24,836 nt of DNA, taken from positions 1-24,836 of IMG/VR virus record IMGVR_UViG_3300049479_000063, one strand, 5' to 3'. The DNA is from a virus (lineage: Duplodnaviria; Caudoviricetes). Of the stretch, positions 17,647 through 24,662 are shown one piece after another; within the stretch, counting starts at the first letter, position 1; every line of letters starts with the position of its first letter. The position numbers and the translations under genes were made by a program. A model generated the notes under the pieces. The model ran no database searches, was not told where the DNA came from, and worked only from the letters and a program-made list of their open reading frames with translations.

Positions 17647-19680
17647 ATGGCCAACTGGTCCAATCCGCTGCTAACCAGCACCTACACCAACTTCCTCACG
17701 GAGGTAAAGGACCGTGACACGGACCTGGCGCTGCAGTTTGACGGCACAACCAGCAGCAACATCCCCACGGGCGCCATCCGCTGGAACAGCTCGGTCAACC
17801 GCTGGCAGAAATGGAACGGCAGCAGCTGGGGCGAGCTGACCAGCACCTATGCGCTGACCGGTCTCAGCACCACCAGCAATGCCACCATTGGCGGCACATT
17901 GGGCTCTGGAGCGATCACCAGCACTGGCAGCGTCACGGGCACGGCGCTGATCCCCAGCGGCAGCTCGGCGCCAACCAACGGGCTCTACTTGGCGGGCAGC
18001 AACATAATTGGCTTGGCCACGAACAGCGCAGGCCGGGTGTTCATCGATGCTGCCGGTGAGGTGGGCATCGGCAGCGCAACGCCCGGCACAAGCCTTGATG
18101 TCACGCTGGCAACTGCAAGCGCAACGGTCGGCAACATCCGTATTGCCCCAAACTCTGCCGGCCAAGCTCGCTACCACCTATTTAACGGCGGCGGTATTGC
18201 TGAGTGGTTGTTTGGTCAAAAAACAGGATCCAGTCATAACTTCATCCTGAGCAAAAGCGTCGCGGGTTCAGAGTCTGATTATCTGACAGTTGACACCAAC
18301 GGCCGCGTCGGAATTGGCACGCTGTCACCGGCCAGCCTGCTGCATGTGCTGGAAAACGGCAATGCGCAGATCAACATCAGTGCGACAGATGCCGGGAGCA
18401 ACAGCGCCGGCATTTCAATTGAAAACCAAGGACAACGCAATTGGCAGATCTGGGCTGATCGTGCAACAGATCAGTTCAGGATTGGCAACAACAGCCGAGT
18501 ATCAACAAACCTTGCCATCGACAGCTCCGGTCGCGTTGGGATTGGGACTAGTAGTCCTAACTACACACTAGATCTTAACAGTGGAGGAGCAACTCCCGCA
18601 CAGATTAGTACAACAGTAAACTGGAATTTCCCCGGTTTTATGTTGCGGCGCAACGCTTCAAATATATCAACAGCAAAAATGCTGAGCATGATGCTGCAAG
18701 GTGATACTGATAGTGACACTACTCTTACCAACCACCTTAATATCTGGGGCACTTATAGCGCAGCTCCAACTACCGGTTCAACAACTGCTGGACTTAGCGG
18801 TGTCTTGAACATTGGCGCACCGTCTGGCATTGCAGCGCATGTCAACGGAAGCCAGCGCTGGATCGTCACCTCAACCGGCCTCTTCGGCTTGGGCACCACA
18901 GCCCCTGGAACAAGCTTCGATGTTGCGTTGGCTGCGCCTTCGGCCACGATTGGCAACATCCGCATCTCGCCCAGTTCTCCTGGCCAGGCCCGGTATCACC
19001 TCTACAACGGAGGAGCCACGGCTGAGTGGCTCTTTGGCCAACGAACCAGCACCGATCACGAGTTCAGGTTTAGCACCCTAGTCGCTGGTTCCGAAACAGA
19101 ACGCCTGCGCATTGGCACTGCTGGCGAAATCGGCATCGCTGGCGCCAACTACGGCACAAGCGGCCAAGTGCTCACCAGCAACGGCTCTGGTTCGTCGCCG
19201 TCGTGGACAACTGTTGCCGCACTCACCGCCGGCACCGCCGTAAGTGCGACAGGCACTGCCGTTGATTTCACCGGCATTCCATCATCGGTAAAGCGCATTA
19301 CCGTGATGATTGACGCCGTGAGCACGGATGCCTCTGCCACACTCGCGGTTCAGCTAGGAGATAGTGGCGGCATTGAAACTTCTGGCTATACCGGAGGTCT
19401 TGCATGGACAGGTCCAAGTACAGGCAGCAGCGGATCGGCCAGCACATTCCCACTTGCTATAGGAGCCGCGAGTGATACCGTTTCTGGTCACGCTGTTATT
19501 ACTAAAGTTTCTGGCAATACATGGGTGCTATCCAGCACAGTGGCCCGTGACAATGATGACCTTGTATTTATCAGCGGTGGATCAAAAGGCCTCTCTGCAA
19601 CATTGGATCGCATCCGCATCACCACAACGGGCGGCAGTGCATCCTTTGACGGAGGCACTGTGAACATTCTGTATGAGTGA
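17647..19680 (+). CDS. Tail fibre protein
   Basis: 677 aa G/S/T-rich; repeated G.VGIGT units; GTSGQVLTSNG linker; C-terminal DFTGIPS.VKRITV...LDRIRITT domain. Confidence 0.85.
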   Translation: MANWSNPLLTSTYTNFLTEVKDRDTDLALQFDGTTSSNIPTGAIRWNSSVNRWQKWNGSSWGELTSTYALTGLSTTSNATIGGTLGSGAITSTGSVTGTALIPSGSSAPTNGLYLAGSNIIGLATNSAGRVFIDAAGEVGIGSATPGTSLDVTLATASATVGNIRIAPNSAGQARYHLFNGGGIAEWLFGQKTGSSHNFILSKSVAGSESDYLTVDTNGRVGIGTLSPASLLHVLENGNAQINISATDAGSNSAGISIENQGQRNWQIWADRATDQFRIGNNSRVSTNLAIDSSGRVGIGTSSPNYTLDLNSGGATPAQISTTVNWNFPGFMLRRNASNISTAKMLSMMLQGDTDSDTTLTNHLNIWGTYSAAPTTGSTTAGLSGVLNIGAPSGIAAHVNGSQRWIVTSTGLFGLGTTAPGTSFDVALAAPSATIGNIRISPSSPGQARYHLYNGGATAEWLFGQRTSTDHEFRFSTLVAGSETERLRIGTAGEIGIAGANYGTSGQVLTSNGSGSSPSWTTVAALTAGTAVSATGTAVDFTGIPSSVKRITVMIDAVSTDASATLAVQLGDSGGIETSGYTGGLAWTGPSTGSSGSASTFPLAIGAASDTVSGHAVITKVSGNTWVLSSTVARDNDDLVFISGGSKGLSATLDRIRITTTGGSASFDGGTVNILYE

Positions 19681-19728
19681 TGTTGCCTCTTTGGTAGCAG
19701 CTACACTTTCACCATCTAACCCCACCTC

Positions 19729-19884
19729 ATGTCCGAGTCCAAGCAAAAGCTGGTCGAGCTGATCGAGGCTTACGCCACCGCAAAGGCCACAGGTAACTCC
19801 CTGCTCATCCAGTCAGCTGGCGCGACGCTCGTCGGCTACCTAGAGAGCGTGGAGATCACCGAAGCCGAGCAAGCCAATGACTGA
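19729..19884 (+). CDS. Small hypothetical protein (51 aa); not in ORF track
   Basis: MSESKQKLVELIEAYATAKATGNSLLIQSAGATLVGYLESVEITEAEQAND*; phage-like codons; overlaps the next start by 8 nt. Confidence 0.7.
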   Translation: MSESKQKLVELIEAYATAKATGNSLLIQSAGATLVGYLESVEITEAEQAND

Positions 19885-20197
19885 CATCACCTACACCTGG
19901 GTCATCTCCCAGCTGGACTGCGCCCCACAGGAGAACAACCTAGAGGACGTGGTAAAAACCATCCACTGGCGCTACCAAGCCACTGATGGTACGCACACCG
20001 CTGACTGCTACGGCAGCATCGGCGTCGGCGAAGTGGATCCTGATGACTTCACCCCTTACGCCGAACTGACCAAGGACCAAGTGATTGCTTGGCTTGAGAC
20101 TCAGTTGGATGTTGAGGAGCTTGAGCGGAACCTCGCCGGCCAACTGGCCGCGCTGGCTAACCCGCCGATCATCTCGCCTGATCTGCCGTGGCAGTAA
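19877..20197 (+). CDS. Hypothetical fibre-associated protein
   Basis: 106 aa acidic; YTW.I.QLD, VVKTIHWRY, FTPYAELT.DQVIAW, LPW terminus; commonly downstream of tail fibres. Confidence 0.7.
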   Translation: MTDITYTWVISQLDCAPQENNLEDVVKTIHWRYQATDGTHTADCYGSIGVGEVDPDDFTPYAELTKDQVIAWLETQLDVEELERNLAGQLAALANPPIISPDLPWQ

Positions 20198-20325
20198 AAG
20201 CAAAGGCCGGCCTTTCTGGCACCATCCGCAAGGAATCGGTGCCCAAGACCACCAGCATCGGCCAAGGCGCCCGCAGCCGTCCCCGGCGACGTGGGCGTAA
20301 GAAGTTGCGCGGGCAGGGTCGCTAG
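20188..20325 (+). CDS. Small highly basic protein (45 aa); not in ORF track
   Basis: GTG start; MAVKAKAGLSGTIRKESVPKTTSIGQGARSRPRRRGRKKLRGQGR*; RGQG terminus recalled from small cyanophage proteins. Confidence 0.65.
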   Translation: MAVKAKAGLSGTIRKESVPKTTSIGQGARSRPRRRGRKKLRGQGR

Positions 20326-20351
20326 GCTATTACTGAGGCGTAATTGCTCCC

Positions 20352-20618
20352 ATGCCACCAGCCGACGATGTCTCGCATGGGGACATTTACCACAAGCTCG
20401 GATCGCTCGAAGGTAAGCTCGAGACCGTGCTGATCCAGCTCGGCGAAAAACGCGGCGACATGGCTGCTGTATTCTCCCGACTCCGCGAGATTGAAACCCG
20501 CGTCGCCATTGGCGTCGGCCTCGCCATCGGACTGAGCTTCCTCATCCCGTTCGCAATCAACGCAGCAGCACCCAAACTGCACTTTGAACACAGTCCATCT
20601 ACTCAGGTTGGCAAGTAG
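20352..20618 (+). CDS. Coiled-coil protein with C-terminal membrane helix (lysis-associated candidate)
   Basis: LGSLEGKLE...RLREIETR then VAIGVGLAIGLSFLIPFAI; located in the lysis region. Confidence 0.6.
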   Translation: MPPADDVSHGDIYHKLGSLEGKLETVLIQLGEKRGDMAAVFSRLREIETRVAIGVGLAIGLSFLIPFAINAAAPKLHFEHSPSTQVGK

Positions 20619-20642
20619 TCTTAAGACACCGATCTAAGCACA

Positions 20643-20783
20643 ATGAGCCCCGAGACTGCCGCCATCATCGCCATCGTCATCGCTGCTGGCAGCGAGATCA
20701 TCGCGATTAGCCCGCTCAAGTCCAATAGCTGGATCCAGCTGCTGCTGCAGGCTGGCCGGATGATGTTCCCCAAGCGCCGCTGA
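20643..20783 (+). CDS. Putative holin (46 aa); not in ORF track
   Basis: MSPETAAIIAIVIAAGSEIIAISPLKSNSWIQLLLQAGRMMFPKRR*; hydrophobic N-terminus, basic tail, ends 3 nt before the endolysin. Confidence 0.65.
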   Translation: MSPETAAIIAIVIAAGSEIIAISPLKSNSWIQLLLQAGRMMFPKRR

Positions 20784-20786
20784 GCA

Positions 20787-21869
20787 ATGGCCAACGCCGC
20801 CCCGATCACACTGGAGCAGCTGTTCCGGTTCTACAAAGGGCTGCCGCATCAGGCCGCGGCCATCAGCCAGCTGGAGCAGGACTTGGCCGTCAACGGCTAC
20901 GCCGCGGCCATGCGGCGTGATCGGGCGTGGTTCAACACCTGGAGCCAGGACGGCAAGCAGGCAGACCTCAGCGCGGCGCTGAGCATGATCCAGCAGTTCG
21001 AGGGGTGCCACCTCGACGCCTACCCTGACCCGGCCAGCGGTGGTGAGCCGTGGACGATCGGCTACGGCACCACCCGCTACGGCGACGGCCGGCCGGTCAA
21101 GCGCGGCGACAGGATCAACGCCGTCGAGGCCGACATGCTGCTGCGGCAGGAGGTGGATCGGATCGCTGACAAGCTGCGCGCCACGGTGCCGCACTGGGGC
21201 GAGATGGCGGACCATCAGAAGTGCGCGCTGATCAGCTTCGCCTACAACCTCGGCAGCGGCTTCTACGGCGCCAAGGGCTTCGAGACCATCAGCAAGCGGT
21301 TGCGCGAAAAGGACTGGCCTGGCGTGCCTGATGCCCTGCTGCTCTACCGCAACCCCGGCACCAACGTGGAGGCCGGCCTGAAGCGGCGCCGCATCGCTGA
21401 GGGCGATCTGTGGGGCCGAGAGCGGCAGACCACTGGACCGATCGAGGCGACGTTCACGCCCGAGAGCCCCTTCAGCTTCAAGATCACACCGCACATCACC
21501 TACGGCGAGTTCGCGCTCAACCAGGAGGCGCGGCGCTTCGATCACCAGCATCAGTGCGACACCGCGGTGAAGCTGACGCAGTTCCTTGAGAAAGTCCGCG
21601 TGCAGTTCGGCGGTAAGCCGATCATCATCACCTCCGGCTACAGGCCAGCAGCGATCAACCGCGCTGTCGGTGGCGCATCAGGCAGTGAGCACCTGTACGA
21701 CGCTCCCAGCGTCGGCGCTGTGGACTTCTACGTCGATGGCGCTGACATCAACAAGGTGCAGGCATGGGTTGATCGTGAGTGGCCGTACAGCGTCGGTTAT
21801 GGCGCACCTAAAGGGTTCGTGCACCTTGGCGTCCGCAAAGGCCAGCCTCGCGTGCGCTGGGACTATTAG
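20787..21869 (+). CDS. Endolysin: GH24 lysozyme + peptidase M15-like domain
   Basis: FEGCHLDAYPDP...WTIGYGTT, ALISFAYNLG, GLKRRRIAE (GH24); ITSGYR, SEHLY, AVDF, FVHLG (M15 Zn peptidase). Confidence 0.92.
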   Translation: MANAAPITLEQLFRFYKGLPHQAAAISQLEQDLAVNGYAAAMRRDRAWFNTWSQDGKQADLSAALSMIQQFEGCHLDAYPDPASGGEPWTIGYGTTRYGDGRPVKRGDRINAVEADMLLRQEVDRIADKLRATVPHWGEMADHQKCALISFAYNLGSGFYGAKGFETISKRLREKDWPGVPDALLLYRNPGTNVEAGLKRRRIAEGDLWGRERQTTGPIEATFTPESPFSFKITPHITYGEFALNQEARRFDHQHQCDTAVKLTQFLEKVRVQFGGKPIIITSGYRPAAINRAVGGASGSEHLYDAPSVGAVDFYVDGADINKVQAWVDREWPYSVGYGAPKGFVHLGVRKGQPRVRWDY

Positions 21870-21897
21870 ACTGCTGATGTAAGCCGCTACACACGGC

Positions 21898-22095
21898 ATG
21901 GCGATCAGCGCAAAACGGCTATCGCCAGAATTGATAGAGATACGGATACCGTACGGCAGCCACGACGATGATCCGGGCGAGGTATCAGATGACTTTGCAG
22001 CGCGACTCACTGAGTTAGCGCCGTCCAATGATCACATCCTGGGGTTATCGCTCCAGGTGTTACCAATCCCCGAATTGCGTGGATCACTCGATTGA
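21898..22095 (+). CDS. Hypothetical protein, possibly a deletion-fusion remnant
   Basis: 65 aa ORF preceded by TAGACT and overlapping the HNH start. Confidence 0.5.
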   Translation: MAISAKRLSPELIEIRIPYGSHDDDPGEVSDDFAARLTELAPSNDHILGLSLQVLPIPELRGSLD

Positions 22096-22399
22096 TGGCT
22101 CTAACCTCGTTTCTAAGCGCAGTGCAAAGCATCAATTCAGGCAGCAGATCTTTGAGGCATGGGGTCATCAGTGCGCATACTGCAGCGCATTAGCCGACAC
22201 GCTGGACCATGTCAAACCACGCCATAAAGGTGGCGCCACAGTTACAACCAACCTTGTGCCATCGTGCCGCAATTGCAACCGTAGAAAAGGCAGTGAAGAA
22301 TGGCGCGAGTGGTTCAGTCATCAGGAATCATGGACTGTTGATCGCGCATTAAAAATTCAGGATTGGTTGATTGATTCAACATCTGATGATAGAAAATAA
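22079..22399 (+). CDS. HNH endonuclease
   Basis: CAYC...TLDHVKPRHKGG...NLVPSCRNCNRRKG; GTG 22079 preferred over ATG 22028 (less overlap). Confidence 0.9.
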   Translation: MDHSIDGSNLVSKRSAKHQFRQQIFEAWGHQCAYCSALADTLDHVKPRHKGGATVTTNLVPSCRNCNRRKGSEEWREWFSHQESWTVDRALKIQDWLIDSTSDDRK

Positions 22400-22487
22400 G
22401 TGCTTGCCAGTCTTGCGCATGATCACGGCACATGCCGTTGATGCATACGCGCCAGACGTAACCGTGCCGCTTGATTGTTGGTTCCAA
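22314..22487 (-). CDS. Small hypothetical protein (57 aa); not in ORF track
   Basis: TTG start; MEPTIKRHGYVWRVCINGMCRDHAQDWQALIFYHQMLNQSTNPEFLMRDQQSMIPDD*; overlaps the ends of sigma and HNH. Confidence 0.5.
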   Translation of the reverse strand: MEPTIKRHGYVWRVCINGMCRDHAQDWQALIFYHQMLNQSTNPEFLMRDQQSMIPDD

Positions 22488-23355
22488 GAGGGGTATCCGT
22501 CAGAGGGTTGCTCATCAGCATGCGGATGCGGTTAATGCCGCGTTTGTAGATGTCGCTTAGGGTTACCTTAGAGATGCCATACTCTCGTTCAAGTTGCGCC
22601 CATGTGACGGCTGGATAACATGATCGCGCTTCAATGATCGCCTTGGTCCTGTCATCGAGGTACTCATCAACGTAACGCAGCATGATTTGCACATCTTGAC
22701 TGATGTCAGTATCAACTGCATTTGGGTCTGCAATAGTGTCAATAATGCTATGGCCTTCTGAGTTGTTAATCTGCTGGTCGATGCTGGTAACGGTGTAGGT
22801 TTGCCGGAGCAGATTAGACAACTCGCCAGGGTCCATGTCGATCTCTTGTGCCACTCTGGTGATGCTCGGTTGGTAACCAAGCTGATGGCTAAGATCCTGG
22901 ATTGTGCGGTTGATCTTGTACATCGTCTCGTGCACACCAATTGGTAGCCGGATGATGGCATCGCTGCTGATCAATGCACGCGTGATGCCTTGGCGGATCC
23001 ACCAATAGGCATAGGTCGAGAACTTGTAGCCGCGGCTTGGATCGAACAGCTCAACAGCACGAGCTAGGCCGATGTTGCCCTCCTGGATCAGGTCGAGCAT
23101 CTCCATGGTCTTGTTGTTGCGCTTGTCATACCTGCGAGCGACATGCACGACGAGTTGCAAGTTGCACTGAATGAACCGCTGGCGGGCGCGTTCACCGCTG
23201 CGCTTCTCGCGCTGTTCGGCGTTGGTCAGCGAGCGATCCAGTGATTGCAACTCACGCAGCCGTTGCACGCGTCTGCCGAGTTGTATCTCTTGTTGCGGTG
23301 TCAACAGTGGATACTTGGCGATACTGTTGAGATAGTCCTTGATGCTGTCAGACAT
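22423..23355 (-). CDS. Phage-encoded RpoD/sigma-70 family sigma factor
   Basis: Region 1.2 DSIKDYLNSIAKYPLLT..QEI.L; region 2 NLQLVVHVARRY, DLIQEGNIGL.RAVELFDPSRGYKFSTYAYWWIRQGITRA; IRLP. Confidence 0.95.
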   Translation of the reverse strand: MSDSIKDYLNSIAKYPLLTPQQEIQLGRRVQRLRELQSLDRSLTNAEQREKRSGERARQRFIQCNLQLVVHVARRYDKRNNKTMEMLDLIQEGNIGLARAVELFDPSRGYKFSTYAYWWIRQGITRALISSDAIIRLPIGVHETMYKINRTIQDLSHQLGYQPSITRVAQEIDMDPGELSNLLRQTYTVTSIDQQINNSEGHSIIDTIADPNAVDTDISQDVQIMLRYVDEYLDDRTKAIIEARSCYPAVTWAQLEREYGISKVTLSDIYKRGINRIRMLMSNPLTDTPLGTNNQAARLRLARMHQRHVP

Positions 23356-23593
23356 GATGAATCCGTTGGTTCACACAATGGAAGCACAATTTCACGGCGC
23401 AGCTAATGCCCAGATGTTGCGCGAGCTACATGCAGCAAAGGACTACAACGCATTGCTGGAGTATGCACTGTTGCTGGCTGAGCAAGAGGCCAGCCAGCGA
23501 TCACAGATCAAGTGGTTAATCGCTGAAGCGATGCGCTCATGCAGCGTTGAACCGTGGCATCTGGCTGCGGCTGCTGAACTGCTTAGAGGCTGA
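23354..23593 (+). CDS. Hypothetical protein, antisense to flanking genes
   Basis: Helical-looking ORF (MMNPLVHTMEAQFHG...LLEYALLLAEQEASQRSQIKWL) filling the whole sigma-dcd gap; start could be 23354, 23357 or 23378. Confidence 0.55.
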   Translation: MMNPLVHTMEAQFHGAANAQMLRELHAAKDYNALLEYALLLAEQEASQRSQIKWLIAEAMRSCSVEPWHLAAAAELLRG

Positions 23594-24088
23594 CACAAGC
23601 TGGTCGTTGTTGTAGCTGCCAGTCAGCGCGTAGCTCAGCGCCGGGCGTTGGCTCATGCGGAAGAATACCATTTGGCCGATCTTCAAGCCCGGATACACCG
23701 GCAGCGGCTGCAACTGGCGTGCATTCTTCAGCTCAAGCGTCAATGCGCTGCCGTGCCACCCAGGATCGGCATAACCAGCGTGCAGGTTTTCGTAGCCCTC
23801 ACGGGCGCGGCTGGACTTAAGGAAAAACAACCCAGCGACATCCTCAGGCATTGAGAACGTTTCAATCGTCTGCGCAAGGATGAACTGCCCTGGCACCAGC
23901 TCGTACGGATGCTCGGCGGTGTAGTCCTTGATCGACAGCGGAATCATCTGATGCGATTCCACTGATTCAAGCATGATCAAGTCACCCAACCGCAGGTCCA
24001 AGCTGGCGGGATTGATCAGCTCCGGCTGGTGATGTTGCACCATGCCTTGTGCGATAAGGTCATTGATCTCGGTGTCGCACAGAATCAT
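23537..24088 (-). CDS. dcd: dCTP deaminase
   Basis: MILCD.EI, INPASLDLRLG, LVPGQFILAQT.E, KSSRAREG, AGYADPGWHG, LELKN, PGLKIGQMVF, Y..Q. Confidence 0.92.
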   Translation of the reverse strand: MILCDTEINDLIAQGMVQHHQPELINPASLDLRLGDLIMLESVESHQMIPLSIKDYTAEHPYELVPGQFILAQTIETFSMPEDVAGLFFLKSSRAREGYENLHAGYADPGWHGSALTLELKNARQLQPLPVYPGLKIGQMVFFRMSQRPALSYALTGSYNNDQLVSASKQFSSRSQMPRFNAA

Positions 24089-24266
24089 GGGTCCAGGTGA
24101 TGAGGTGATTGGGTAAAAATTGCTCTTGAGGCTGAAACGTGTACCAGCGATGACCGCAGGGTTTACATTTGCGACGGCGGTAAATTATGCCGTCGTTTTG
24201 TTTTGTCAGGACCACATAGGTGCAGTAGCTGTTACATTTCGGGCACGGTGTTTGAACGGCGGGCAT
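24060..24266 (-). CDS. Zinc-ribbon protein (like the NrdR N-terminal ribbon)
   Basis: CPKC...YRRRKCKPCGHRWYT; no ATP-cone. Confidence 0.7.
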   Translation of the reverse strand: MPAVQTPCPKCNSYCTYVVLTKQNDGIIYRRRKCKPCGHRWYTFQPQEQFLPNHLITWTHDSVRHRDQ

Positions 24267-24474
24267 CTTCTAGGTTTTGTGCCATGACGGCTGCACTGCG
24301 CAGCATGGTACTGAGCTTGACTGGTTTCATGTCCTTCCAGCAGGCATACCGTATGGCATGACGGAAGCCCATACTAATGTTGCCGTCGCCTAATTTGCGA
24401 GCTGCTTCAATCTCTTCACGGCTCATGCGGATGTTGACCGTAAAGTTGCGGCCTTTGTTTAATTTATCAGCCAC
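24232..24474 (-). CDS. Putative ribbon-helix-helix DNA-binding protein
   Basis: TVNIRMSREEIEAARKLGDGNISMGFRHAIR: beta-helix-G-helix pattern. Confidence 0.6.
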   Translation of the reverse strand: MADKLNKGRNFTVNIRMSREEIEAARKLGDGNISMGFRHAIRYACWKDMKPVKLSTMLRSAAVMAQNLEDARRSNTVPEM

Positions 24475-24662
24475 TGCATGTACCAGTTAGCTTTGCGCAT
24501 GTCTTGGGCTGGGTTGCCTTTGTGTTCAGCGCGCCAGATGTACTTAATGACCTGACCTTTGCAGTAACCCCGAAACTCGTCCGGGGTCAGTGCTGCTTGG
24601 ATTGCCTCGATGCATTCAATACCGCCTTGCGTGTAGTGGTCAGGGTTGATTGGGTCGTTCAT
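24459..24662 (-). CDS. DUF3310 family protein
   Basis: INPDHYTQGGIECIEAI...GYCKGQVIKYIWR..HKG...DMRKANWY. Confidence 0.9.
   Translation of the reverse strand: MNDPINPDHYTQGGIECIEAIQAALTPDEFRGYCKGQVIKYIWRAEHKGNPAQDMRKANWYMQWLIN

Noticed and set aside
3262-19680. Diversity-generating retroelement or invertible fibre cassette
   Set aside because: No reverse transcriptase or invertase. The repeats differ at all base types rather than only adenines, and I saw no flanking inverted repeats.
20634-21551. 305-aa antisense ORF opposite holin/endolysin
   Set aside because: Shadow of strong GC3 bias in the sense gene; no recognisable motifs.
22079-22399. HNH as intron-encoded or defence nuclease
   Set aside because: Free-standing small HNH with no interrupted host gene; ordinary for phages.
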